NCBI GenBank assembly: GCA_950097015.1
Contig: CATNEN010000038.1
Location: 28,706,001 to 28,770,000, forward strand
DNA: 64,000 bases
From: Macrostomum hystrix
Lineage: Eukaryota; Animalia; Platyhelminthes
Direction: 5' to 3'
The translations under genes and the position numbers were made by a program. Shown here one piece after another: positions 1 to 12,800 of the stretch (positions are counted from its first letter, which is position 1; each line of letters opens with the position of its first letter). The notes under the pieces were generated by a model. The model did not search any database. It saw only the letters and a list, made by a program, of their open reading frames with translations, and was not told the origin of the DNA.

Positions 1-547
1 CACGCTATCTAGATCGAATCTCACATCAGTCTCACTCTATTTAGATCGAATCTCACACCAGTCTCACTCTATCCAGATCGAATCTCACACCAGTCTCACT
101 CAATCTAGATCGAATCTCAAACCAGTCTCACGCTATCTAGATCGAATCTCACACCAGTCTCACTCTATTTAGATCGAATCTCACACCAGTCTCACTCTAT
201 TTAGATCGAATCTCACATCAGTCTCACTCTATTTAGATCGAATCTCACACCAGTCTCACTCTATCCAGATCGAATCTCACACCAGTCTCACTCAATCTAG
301 ATCGAATCTCAAACCAGTCTCACGCTATCTAGATCGAATCTCACACCAGTCTCACTCTATTTAGATCGAATCTCACACCAGTCTCACTCTATTTAGATCG
401 AATCTCACACCAGTCTCACTCTATTTAGGTCGAATCTCACACCAGTATCACTCTATCCAGATCGAATCTCACACCAGTCTCACTCTATTTAGATCGAATC
501 TCACACCAGTCTCACGCTATCTAGATCGAATCTCACACCACTCTCAC
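1..547. repeat. Minisatellite, 32-bp unit (AGATCGAATCTCACACCAGTCTCACTCTATTT), truncated by window start
   Basis: AGATCGAATC recurs at 11, 43, 75... with a 32-bp period. Confidence 0.95.
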
Positions 548-789
548 ACTGACCATAAAATATTTGCACTTTAAGCATGACTTCATAGACCCATACACAA
601 TAATCTCAATTCTCAGCCATGAGTTATGATCTGTGAGCTGTTCCTTCATTCGCTTCACATTGTTTAGGCTTAAAATCTAATTCAGATTCAGAAATTGTGA
701 CTCAAATTCCATTCTACGAGTAGTTCTCAAACCAGCTTGTCCACCTGCATTAAATTTGAGTTCGGCTGTCTATGATAATAAAAAAAGGA

Positions 790-898
790 ATGACAGTTGA
801 AATAGGAATAACAATAGGAATAGGAATGGGAATCGGAAAAGGAATAAGAATAGGAAAAGGAATAGGAATAGGAATAGTAACATGAATTATAAGGAACA
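790..898. repeat. Degenerate (GGAATA)n microsatellite
   Basis: Repeated GGAATA/GGAAAA hexamers. Confidence 0.8.
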
Positions 899-1240
899 GG
901 AGGGAGTGAGTGGCAGAGTCGTCTAACGCGGTCGCCTCTCGCACCAAGGTCCCTGAGCTCGATTCCGCGGCGAGGCCTCATTCACTTTGGGCGCAGCCGC
1001 GGAGAGAAGGCTTGGGGGCTTGTCGTGTAAATTAAGCCCTTAAGGGCCAACCTCCAAGGCACAGTGAGAGTGTACACTGCCTGACGATGAGAAAGTCAGG
1101 GCAGATGTACTCACCTGTGTGAGCGAATGCCTGCGTACGGTATCAGTGCGCGTGTGTGCTTAGGAGTCAGCGAATGGGCAGAATTGTGTCACCAAACGAT
1201 GTGCCCTTGCCCGCAGCCCTCCAGCAACTATTATCATTAT
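899..1240 (+). mobile_element. tRNA-derived SINE, family 1 (~330 bp)
   Basis: Head GTGGCAGAG..GTCTAACGCG (A-box-like) and GCTCGATTCC (B-box-like), internal GTGTACACTGCCTGAC...GTCAGGGCAGATGTAC hairpin, (TAT)n tail; about 10 related copies in the window. Confidence 0.85.
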
Positions 1241-1299
1241 ACAAAAATTGGAATATAGGAATACAATTGGAGATTGACAGCAGAGGGTATCCCACTGAC

Positions 1300-2425
1300 C
1301 TGTGGCTCGGAGTCTGTTGCCGCCTTCTTCAACAACGGCCTGCGCAGCCGGGTCGGCAGATCCGCCAAACCCGCCGGACTACGCGGAGTCGGCGGCGGCG
1401 GTTGCGGCCCGTCCTCGGAGGCGACGGAGACCAGGCGGACGAGGCGCTGATGAACGAAGCTGGCCAAGCGACGCGGAGTCGAGGTCAGGTCGGCTGTGGT
1501 CGCCTCATCGCCGGAGACAGTTTGTGGCGCTGCTTCTGATTTTTTGAAGTCGGCGAGTGCCGTGAAGGGTGAATGGGTGTGAATGAGCGTGAACAAGCAA
1601 ACATTTTTGTAAATTATAGACTAAGTACATATTTGTGAAGTTTAAAATCATGAAAATCATGAAAATGTTAAAATCTGTTTCAAGAGAATGACTTGTTCAC
1701 AACATAGAGTTATTGAATCTGGTCGGCGAGGAAATCAAACCTTTCTGAGAAGTTTCCGCTGTCTCAGGTGGCCCAGTAATAGCCACCGGTGTCGATTTCG
1801 CTACCTCAGTCGCCTTGGAATCAATTGTCCAGCCGTCAGTTTTGTTATCTGAGTTCAGCCAGAAGTTGCGCTCCGAGTAAGTCGCCGTGGACGAGCCCCA
1901 GCTGCCGTGGCCGTCGTCGCTGACGTCGCTGTCCGTTGTGCCAACAATGGCCGTCTCGGGCGCGTTCCACCACCAGTCCCAGGCGTCAGTGTTTTCAGAC
2001 GCCTCACCGACGTTACCAGACTCAACCGTCTCCTCCTCGTGATCGTCTTCGTCGGCTTCTTCCAGAGTCGGCGGCAGCAGCAGCAGCGACTGGCTCGACG
2101 ACGCTGAAACCGGAGGTCCGAGTTTGCGCTGATGAGTCAATGAAATTGGCTGGGCGGGGCCGAATTCTTCCAGCGGATCTTCGGCGGCTTCAAGAAGGTG
2201 CTCCAAGTTGACATCCGGCTGATTCGTCGATAGCGTCACGCAAATCGACGGCGGCTGCTGAGCGGACGGGCTCGGCGATCGAGAAGCTCGCGGAGTCAGC
2301 GGATGATTCAATAGGTGCACCGAGGTGCTAGCCGATGTTGTCTGAGCTGGCTGCTGCTGCTGCTGCTGCTGCTGCTGTGATGACCAGCCGCAGATGGACT
2401 GTCTGAGAGAAGTGGCGGCACCCAT
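1300..2425 (-). CDS. 5' exons of an unknown low-complexity Ser/Pro/Gln/acidic protein; gene continues beyond the left edge
   Basis: Exon 2425-1741 (MGAATSLRQ...polyQ...SQK, donor AAAG|GTTTGA) joins in phase 1 to exon 1535-1300 (acceptor ATCAG|, EAAPQTV...SEPQ, donor CAG|GTCAGT). GC-rich coding-like composition, no recognisable domain, start codon uncertain. Confidence 0.6.
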
Positions 2426-3096
2426 GTCTTGCTGACTGTGCTGCGTGAACTTTGTCAGACTCCGCTGACAATGTCTGCAAGCATTGCGATCACTGTGAAG
2501 CAGAAGCTCTAAGTCTCCAACTGTAGCGGTTTGATGAGCTGGGATAGGACTCAAAACCAACCAGTTGCCGAACGATGAGAGACGGGACAAAACAGCGATA
2601 AGAATGGGAGTTTTTCCTTCCCCGCCAAGCTCAGTTAATGCCGGTACCTGCTTGAGTCTGCCAATGCCAGTTCATATATCCGCGCCACTCCCCTACAGAA
2701 TGTGACGGGGGATAAGTCTGGGAGGAGGCAGTTTTTGAGCTGAGGGACTGGCTGAGCATACGAAGATGCTGAGGTGGGTGGGTGAGGGAGTTATCCAGTA
2801 GGAAAGTGAGGCGAATGAGAGCGAACTCTTCAGTGACACAGGCTGAGGTGGGATGAATAGTAGGTTACAGAGCCACATCACGCAGGCAATTGCACTAACA
2901 AAAAGCCTGTTATTTTTCATGCCAGAACAGTTTTATAACAGCAGTGCCGTGTGGCAGACAATTTATTAGTGCACTATTTAGCAGTCTAACTGAAGCCTGA
3001 CACGGGCGTACGTTGCTTGAAGTTAAAATTGCACAGTTAATTCTAGGCACGACTGTTCCTTAAGCTTCGATTCTCGACAAAACATCTACTAGCTTG

Positions 3097-3495
3097 TAGC
3101 TTCGATTCTAGATACGATTCTAGTTCTAGCTTCGATTCTAGTTCTAGCTTCGATTCTAGATACGATTCTAGTCCTAGCTTCGATTCTAGTCCTAGCTTCG
3201 ATTCTAGTTCTAGCTTCGATTCTAGATACGATTATAGTTCTAGCTTCGATTCTAGATACGATTCTAGTTCTAGCTTCGATTCTAGATACGATTATAGTTC
3301 TATATACGATTCTAGTTCTAGCTTCGATTCTAGTTCTAGCTTCGATTCTAGTTCTAGCTTCGATTCTAGTTCTTGCTTTGATTCTAGATAATAACTAACT
3401 TCTAGCTTTGCTTCTTGATAATAAATAGTTTCTAGCTTCGATTCTAGATTCAATTCTTGGTAAGAAATTATTTCTAGCTTCGATTCTTGATAAGA
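3097..3495. repeat. Minisatellite of 18-bp (AGCTTCGATTCTAGTTCT) and 12-bp (GATACGATTCTA) subunits
   Basis: Direct tandem repetition, degenerating to the right. Confidence 0.9.
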
Positions 3496-4153
3496 AATTA
3501 TTTCTAGCTTCGATTTTTAGTAAATTCATATAGTTGTCGTGCTTTGATTCACAAAATTACTTCACTCTAATATGCTTTCTATGCACGACAACAAGGGAAT
3601 TTATTTTAGTCCCCTTATTGCCTCGGGGCAAAAGGCTCAAAGTTGTTTAAGCACAGTTTAGACTTTACCGCAGCTAGTAAGATAACAACTTTGTCGTTGG
3701 GCACGAAAATATTTGGCCAGATTAGGACAGAATGAAGCCAATTTCAGAATTGCAGCTTAGATTTCTATTAGAGCGAGTATTATATTGCAGATTAATTTAA
3801 TTTAGATAAGATTTGTGTCCAGCATGAAACTCCCATTTACGAGCTCGTACATCTAGTATGGCATATTAGTTAGCTGGGATAAGGACACATGACTCAAACT
3901 ACGATCTCACTTTGTACATGCACTGGCATGTAGAGTCTATACTTCTAATTAACATAAAAAGTTCTTTCACATGACCATTCTATTCTTGAATAGAAAATGC
4001 CCCGTTTCTGGATAATCTAGACGATTATACAAAATCAATAAGCTCTCAAGTTCATTAAAGTAGAAAAGAAACAGTCAAATAACTTATTCCTGAAAGCATT
4101 ACCAAAATGTATAATAGGAGACAGCTTTGCGGGACGACTATGGATGAAACAAA

Positions 4154-4878
4154 GAAGAGATGAGCCACGGTAGAGATGAGACACGGTAGAGATGAGACAC
4201 GGTAGAGTTGAGACACGGTAGAGATGAGACACGGTAGAGTTGAGACACGGTAGAGTTGAGACACGGTAGAGATGAGACACGGTAGAGTTGAGACACGGGA
4301 GAGATGAGACACGGTAGAGATGAGACACGGTAGAGATGAGACACGGAAGAGATGAGACACGGAAGAGATGAGACACGGGAGAGATGAGACACGGTAGAGA
4401 TGAGACACGGGAGAGATGAGACACGGTAGAGATGAGACATGGGAGAGATGAGACACGGAAGAGATGAGACACGGAAGAGATGAGACACGGAAGAGATGAG
4501 ACACGGAAGAGATGAGACACGGAAGAGATGAGACACAGAAGAGATGAGACACGGAAGAGATGAGACACGGAAGAGATGAGACACGGAAGAGATGAGACAC
4601 GGTAGAGATGAGACACGGGAGAGATGAGACACGGAAGAGATGAGACACTGAAGAGATGAGACACGGAAGAGATGAGACACGGGAGAGATGAGACATGGGA
4701 GAGATGAGACACGGGAGAGATGAGACACGGGAGAGATGAGACACGGAAGAGATGAGACATGGGAGAGATAAGACACGGGAGATATAATACACGGGAGAGA
4801 TGAGACACGGAAGAGATGAGACATGGGAGAGATAAGACACGGGAGATATAATACACGAAAGAGATGAGACAGGGAAGA
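4154..4878. repeat. Minisatellite, 16-bp unit (GAGATGAGACACGGAA/TA/GA)
   Basis: Direct tandem repetition; gives spurious ORFs in all three minus frames. Confidence 0.95.
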
Positions 4879-6101
4879 GAAAGAAGATTGTTAAAAATAG
4901 TGTTTATCTTTTAGTCGCTCAAATTGAATCCCCAGAGAAGAAATCTAAGGCATGCTATAATTAGACATTTGCAATATTCATTTAGCAATATAGAGCTACA
5001 TATATGACCGGCAAATAAATAATTATTTTTTAGCCGACGACACGGGAGACAAGCGGCTGCAGAAGCGTCATCTGCAATTCAGGATTTTCAGTGAATTTTT
5101 TTCAGTTTAATATCCGGTCGACTACAAGGTGCTGACGGGACTGAGGCATCTTAATTAAATATTCAAAAAAGTCTTAATTCCCAACTGGTCGATCACTTTG
5201 GGCATTATATGCGTGGTACTTAACAGTAAATACATGTTTTTTGCTGACAAGCATAGTCACAATTATAATTAGTAAAAAACGTGTTATAATCAAACATTGG
5301 ACACTGCTTACTGAAGAGAATGACAAGTTAATAAAAAATGTGAAATGTGAAGAACACTGTTTTAATTTCCTGCTAAATAAACAAAATAATCGAGGAAGGA
5401 GGCTGTTGGCAATGATCAGTGACTGCAATGATCAGATATATGTATATATATATCGTTGCATTTGATCTCCATTTGATCCTCCTGCCACCTTCTGATTGGT
5501 CCGCCTGTCCACTTCTAGCCATATTCTCTCACCCTCTACTGACCCACCCCCAATCCTCTGACCTTATCGCACCGCCAACCCCACTCCTGTCGACCATGGT
5601 AGATCAATAAATAAATATAAGATAGAGTCAAATAACGGTATTTTTTAACCTTCCAAAAGTTTGTTTAAAACGTAAAACCAAAGCAGTTGAAAATAAGTTT
5701 TTATAATTAGTTCAAAAGTACACTACAATTCTTTGTCTGCGAAGCATATAAAGATAGAATCTACGAGCTACGAAATGTGAAGAAATTACAGGACTAGAAA
5801 GTGCCAGATTTTTAGCTTGATTAGCAATACTACTTGAAGTCAGTAGAGATTTGAAGATTGTTATTATACTAAAAATATTTACTGTAGATTTTCAATTGAC
5901 ATCTCAAAATTCTACACGAATTCAACAGGAAAGGCAAAAAAAGAGGAGAAAAACTATAAGCAACAAAAGAATCAAGTAGGTAAAATTGTTGGTAACAAAT
6001 CATGTAAACTCGAGGAAGAATTTACGTGTGGGAATAAAAAACTTTTAATTATAGGAGGGGTGAAATACTGCCCAATAAATAATCCATGTGTGTGCTAATG
6101 A

Positions 6102-6791
6102 ACGGCCTTATTAAGGACTCAGGTGTGGGGTAAGAAACGGCCTAATTAAGGACTCAGGTGTGGGGTAATAAACGGCCTAATTAAGGACTCAGGTGTGGGG
6201 TAAGAAACGGCCTAATTAAGGACTCAGGTGTGGGGTAAGAAACGGCCTAATTAAGGACTCAGGTGTGGGGTAATAAACGGCCTAATTAAGGACTCAGGTG
6301 TGGGGTAAGAAACGGCCTAATTAAGGACTCAGGTGTGGGGTAAGAAACGGCCTAATTAAGGACTCAGGTGTGGGGTAAGAAACGGCCTAATTAAGGACTC
6401 AGGTGTGGGGTAAGAAACGGCCTAATTAAGGACTCAGGTGTGGGGTAAATAAACGGCCTAATTAAGGACTCAGGTGTGGGCTAAATAAACGGCCTAATTA
6501 AGGACTCAGGTGTGGGCTAAATAAACGGCCTAATTAAGGACTCAGGTGTGGGCTAAATAAACGGCCTAATTAAGGACTCAGGTGTGGGGTAATAAACGGC
6601 CTAATTAAGGACTCAGGTGTGGGGTAATAAACGGCCTAATTAAGGACTCAGGTGTGGGCTAAATAAACGGCCTAATTAAGGACTCAGGTGTGGGGTAATA
6701 AACGGCCTAATTAAGGACTCAGGTGTGGGGTAATAAACGGCCTAATTAAGGACTCAGGTGTGGGGTAATAAACGGCCTAATAAAGGACTCA
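6102..6791. repeat. Minisatellite, 35-36-bp unit (AAACGGCCTAATTAAGGACTCAGGTGTGGGGTAAG)
   Basis: About 19 near-identical tandem copies. Confidence 0.95.
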
Positions 6792-6822
6792 AGGGCCTAC
6801 TGAAGGAGCCACCAGGGACTAC

Positions 6823-9800
6823 CTATTGTGTCCCACCAGGCGGAGTCCACAGTTGTCGGCCGTTCGCTTCAGATTTCAGCAGGCCAGACCGGCACTGAGC
6901 TAGCAGAAGGTCAAGGCCATCCTTGCTGGAGTGACCGTAGCGCGTTATGAAAGCGTGCAGCAGCAGGTTAGGATAACTCGGTCGATCTTTGCACACCGAC
7001 AAACAACTGAGACCTGCGAGAATCAATTAAAAATAAAAGTTAAAATAAAAAGCGACAAACCTCCAAGCCTGCTCTGCGCGGCAGAGCGTCGAAAAAATAT
7101 GGCAAAATCGATATTAGGACCTTGCCTATTTCCGTAATTTTTAAACCATATTAAAAAACCCATTTTGACAAAGTCTTACTAATAATTATACACTTACTAA
7201 GAAATTATAATCACTAGTTTTTGCCTCTCACACCATGGTTCATGAGTTGAAGCCACAGTCGCCAATAAAAGTCCAACAGCGCAAGGCAAAGGGATAATGT
7301 ACAGTGCTTGATGATTGATGTAACACTAATGTCGTATCAAAAAAACACATGATCGAATTTTTGGTTATTTGAATGTCGGAGGTTCGATTCCCGACTACAC
7401 TGAAATAATGCACATGTCCTTCAGCAAGACAATGTGTCGCTCCCTCCAGTGCATGGACTGAACAGCCGTACGCGGCTTTCAGATCCGGCCGTGCTGCGAT
7501 AAGACCCAATTAGAGCAGGGGTAATGAGTTCATTTTTTGGGATTTAGCGTACCCAGTTCGCCGCCAGCTGGTGACAGCCTCTGAAAGCCGCCGCGCCTCT
7601 GATACTCGTCCATAGCGCGCGTCAGGCACCGGACATCGCGCGGAGTCAGCGGTCCGTCTAGCAGCTTCGGCAGTCGACGACGCCAGCCGGCGGTGCAAAA
7701 ATAGGCGCGCTTCGCTCGCTCATCATCGGCTAGGCGGGTCGGCTTGGACCGGACGGGTGCAACTGACTGCCGATGGGCGTCTGTCGCATTTGGGACTGGT
7801 TTAGGAGGCCAGGGATGACTGTCAGTAGTAACTGGAGCAACTGTACGATCTGGGGAATACTTCGATTACTGAGGATAACTGAGAGTTTTTAAGGATTTTG
7901 GGGATCAGCGGATAACAAGAGGATCTTGGAATAACTGGAGGATCTGGGGACAATTGTGGGATCTGGGGACAAATGGGGGATCTGGGAATAACTAGGGAAT
8001 CTGGGGACAAATGGAGGATCTGGGGACAAATGGGGGATCTGGGAATAACTAGGGGATCTGGGGACAAATGGAGGATCTGGGGACAAATGGAGGATCTGGG
8101 GACTAATGGAGGATCTGGGGATAACTAGGGGGTCTGGGGATAACTGCAGGATCTGGGGATAATTGCAGGATCTGGGGATAATTGCAGGATCTGGGGATAA
8201 CTGCAGGATCTGGGGATAACTGGAGGATCTGGAGATAACTGCAGGAGGATCTAGGGATTAGAGAGGGATCTGGGGATAACTGGAGGATCTGGGGATAACT
8301 AGAGGATCTGCGGATAACTAGAGTATCTAGGGATAACTGGAGGATCATCGGGTATAACTGGAGGATCTGGCGATAACTGCAGGATATGGGGATAACTGGA
8401 GGATCTGGGGATAACTGAAGGATCTGGGGATAACTGCAGGATATGGGGATAACTGGAGGATCATCGGGGATAACTGGGGGATCTGGGGATAACTGCAGGA
8501 TCTGGGGATAATTGCAGGATCTGGGGATAACTGAAAGATCTGGAGATAACTGCAGGAGGATCTAGGGATTAGAGAGGGATCTGGGGATAACTGGAGGATC
8601 TGGGGATAACTGGAGGATATGGGGATAACTGGAGGATATGGGGATAACTGCAGGATATGGGGATAATTGGAGGATCTGGGGATAACTGCAGGATATGGGG
8701 ATAACTGGAGGATATGGGGATAACTGCAGGATATGGGGATAACTGCAGGATATGGGGATAACTGGAGGATATGGGGACAACTGCAGGATATGGGGATAAC
8801 TGGAGGATATGGGGATAACTGGAGGATATGGGGATAACTGGAGGATATGGGGATAACTGGAGGATCTGGAGATAACTGCAGGAGGATCTAGGGATTAGAG
8901 AGGGATCTAGGGATAACTGGTAGTAGTCTTACTAACCATTTGGCGCACACTTTCCTCTTCCAGCTTCAGTCTCGAGTCCTGCATTTCCCGCATTGTTATT
9001 CTTGTCCCTGGCTTTGCCGATTCCGTTCTCCCCAATGTCTTCGTCGTCATCATAGTCGTCGCTGTCATAATCGCCGGACGATTCCGGGGCCACCGTTAGA
9101 ACATTGCCAGCAGAGTCAATTGTTGGAAGACGAAAGCCAGTTAGACGAAAGGCGTCTGCGATGACAGCGTCCTTGATCCGACTGTCTAACTGGGTGTCTG
9201 TGTTTAATGACGGCGACACGTTGACCTATGGGTGTTCAAATGGGATTGCTTGCTAGTACTGCAGCTTCAGATTAATTACGGGTGCAAACACAAAAAATAA
9301 ATACTTTATACACGAGGGCTGTGGAAACTGGCGAATCTAGATCTGGGCTTGGGGATAACTGAAGGATCTGGGATAACTGGAGGAACTGGGGATAACTCAA
9401 GGATCTGGGGATAACTGGAGGACTAGGTGATCTGGGGATAACTGGAGGATTTGGGGATAACTGCAGGATCTGGGGATAACTGGAGGACTAGGGGATCTGG
9501 GGATAACTGGAGGATTTGGGGATAACTGCAGGACCTTGGGATAACTGGAGGATCTGGGGATAACTGGACGATCTGGGGATAACTAGAGGATCTAGGGATA
9601 ACTAGAGGATCTGAGGATAACTAAAGGATCTGGGGATAACTAGAGCATCTGAGGATAACTAGAGGATCTGAGGATAACTGGAGGATCTGGGGATAACTAG
9701 AGGATCTGAGGATAACTAGAGGATCTGGGGATAACTAGAGGATCTGGGGATAACTAGAGGATCTGGGATAACTAGAGGATCTGAGAATAACTAGAGGATC

Positions 9801-12800
9801 TGAGGATAACTAGAGGATCTGGGGATAACTAGAGGATCTGGGGATAACTAGAGGATCTGGGGATAACTAGAGGATCTGAGAATAACTAGAGGATCTGAGG
9901 ATAACTAGAGGATCTGGGGATAACTAGAGGATCTGAGGATAACTAGAGGATCTGGGGATAACTAGAGGATCTGGGGATAACTAGATGATCTGAGGATAAC
10001 TAGAGGATCTGAGGATAACTAGAGGATCTGAGGATAACTAGAGGATCTGAGGATAACTAGAGGATCTGAGGATAACTAGAGGATCTGGGGATAACTAGAG
10101 GACCTGGGAATGAATATAAATTAGTACTGTTACAGTAAAAGTGTTAAGCAAAAGTAATTTTATGAGACATCACTTGAAGTGAATTCCTATAGCAACTAGT
10201 CATGAACAGAAATGGCACATGCAATTCTTACCTCCAGTAGCCAAGGCCGCAGATTTTCGTCCAGTATTACATCGAAGCCGAACAGCTCGTGCACGCAGCA
10301 GGACCGTCTGCACAACAGACGCACCTGATTGGCAATATGCGACTGGGCGCTTAGCAGGGCTTTGAGTATGACGAGTTTAACAGCCTCCCAGATCGAGTCC
10401 GGACAATGGCCGTCTGATCTGAGACGGGCCCAAAGCGCCTGTAAGCTCCATTTGTGACCAAGGCCGTCCTGTTGCGAAGCCTGATAGGTGCGGCTGTGCT
10501 TATTAACGCTGTAGTTGGTTAGATGCGAAAATCGGTTGCTAGGATCCGACGGATCGTACTGGGAGCTGGCGAAGCGAACCAGACCCTGCATTTTTAAGTA
10601 AATATGCTTCATTGGGATACTGGATATTTATAATACTGAATTTCACACCTGAGAATTATCAGATTACTGAAACTCACACCTGAGAATTATCAGATTACTG
10701 AAACACACACCTGAGAATTATTAGATTACTGAAACTCACACATGAGAATTATTAGATTACTGAAACTCACACATGAGAATTATTAGATTACGGAAACTCA
10801 CACATGAGAATTATTAGATTACTGAATCTCACACCTGAGAATTATTAGATTACTGAATCTCACACCTCAGAATTATTAGATTACTGAATCTCACACCTGA
10901 TAATTATTGGATTACTGAGTCTCACACCTGAGAATTATTAGATTACTGAATCTCACACCTCAGAATTATTAGATTACTGAATCTCACACCTGATAATTAT
11001 TGGATTACTGAGTCTCACACCTGAGAATTATTAGATTACTGAATCTCACACCTGAGAATTATTAGATTACTGAATCTCACCCCTGAGAATTATTAGATTA
11101 CTGAATCTCACACCTGATAATTATTGGATTACTGAATCTCACACCTGATAATTATTGGATTACTGAATCTCACACCTGAGAATTATTAGATTACTGAGTC
11201 TCACACCTGAGAATTATTAGATTACTGAATCTCACACCTGAGAATTATTAGATTACTGAATCTCACATCTGATAATTATTGGATTACTGAATCTCACACC
11301 TGAGAATTATTAGATTACTGAGTCTCACACCTGAGAATTATTAGATTACTGAATCTCACACCTGAGAATTATTAGATTACTGAATCTCACACCTGAGAAT
11401 TATTAGATTACTGAATCTCACACCTGAGAATTATTAGATTACTGAATCTCACACCTGAGAATTATTAGATTACTGAATCTCACCCCTGAGAATTATTAGA
11501 TTACTGAATCTCACATCTGATAATTATTGGATTACTGAATCTCACACCTGATAATTATTGGATTACTGAATCTCACACCTGAGAATTATTAGATTACTGA
11601 ATCTCACACCTGATAATTATTGGATTACTGAATCTCACACCTGATAATTATTGGATTACTGAATCTCACACCTGAGAATTATTAGATTACTGAGTCTCAC
11701 ACCTGAGAATTATTAGATTACTGAATCTCACACCTGAGAATTATTAGATTACTGAATCTCACACCTGAGAGTTATTAGATTACTGAATCTCACCCCTGAG
11801 AATTATTAGATTACTGAATCTCACATCTGATAATTATTGGATTACTGAATCTCACACCTGATAATTATTGGATTACTGAATCTCACACCTGAGAATTATT
11901 AGATTACTGAATCTCACTCCTGAGAATTATTAGATTACTGAGTCTCACACCTGAGAATTATTTTGGCTACTGAGTCTCACACCTGAGAATTATTTTGGCT
12001 ACTGAGTCTCACACCTGAGAATTATTTTGGCTACTGAGTCTCACAGAGCTAGAGTGTGTGAACTTGAATCAGAAGGTAACTAACCAGTTCGTGAACGTAC
12101 GCCCTCAGCGGATCAAACGAGGTCACAAAGACGTACACTCTTAGGTCGAATTTGCTGCCATCAATAAGGTAAGGCTGAGCTATGTAGGCCTGTTGTGGTA
12201 TTGTTAAAATGAAGTATAAATCACTGCTCAGCATAATAGTAATAATAATTGCAGGAGGGCTGCGGGCAATGGCACATCATTTAGTGACACTACTATGCCC
12301 GCCGCCAGCGATGAGGCAATTCTGCCCATTTCGCTGACTCCTGAGCACACGCGCACACAGATACCGTACGCAGGCATACGCCCACACAAGTGTGTACATC
12401 TGCCCTGACTTTCTCACTGTGCCATGGAGGTTGACCCTCAAGGGCGTAAATTGCACGACAAGCCCCAAGCCTTCTCTCCGGGGCTGCGCCTTGGCCTAAA
12501 TGTGGCATCGCGGCGGAATCTAACTTCGGGACATTGGTGCGCGTGGCAAACGCGTTAGATCGCTCTGCCGCCGACCCCACCTCTGCTCAGACTAACTGAT
12601 AGCGGGCCCTATCAAAATAGTCACCAACCTGTACTAGCGCGGCGCGCCTTTTGGGCACCTGATGCCATTTATTCAACAGCCGAATGCCCTGACCCCGACA
12701 ACTAGCCGGCGGCTTCAAAATCCACAACGGCTGCGAAGGACCAGTCGATTCAGCCGATCTGGACATTGAATTCGACGCCGACGAGACCGACGACGTTGAC

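Noticed and set aside
1072-1110. Hammerhead ribozyme in SINE family 1 (CTGACGA...GAAA...GTC), by analogy with schistosome Sm-alpha
   Set aside because: There is no room for stems II and III; the segment folds better as a simple hairpin
4035-4856. Long repetitive ORFs here and at 13910, 17117, 47755, 48557, 50463 and 58662
   Set aside because: They are translations of stop-free minisatellites, often open in several frames, and some lie inside introns
6102-6791. CRISPR-like array of ~35-bp repeats
   Set aside because: Units are head-to-tail with no unique spacers, there are no cas genes, and the context is eukaryotic
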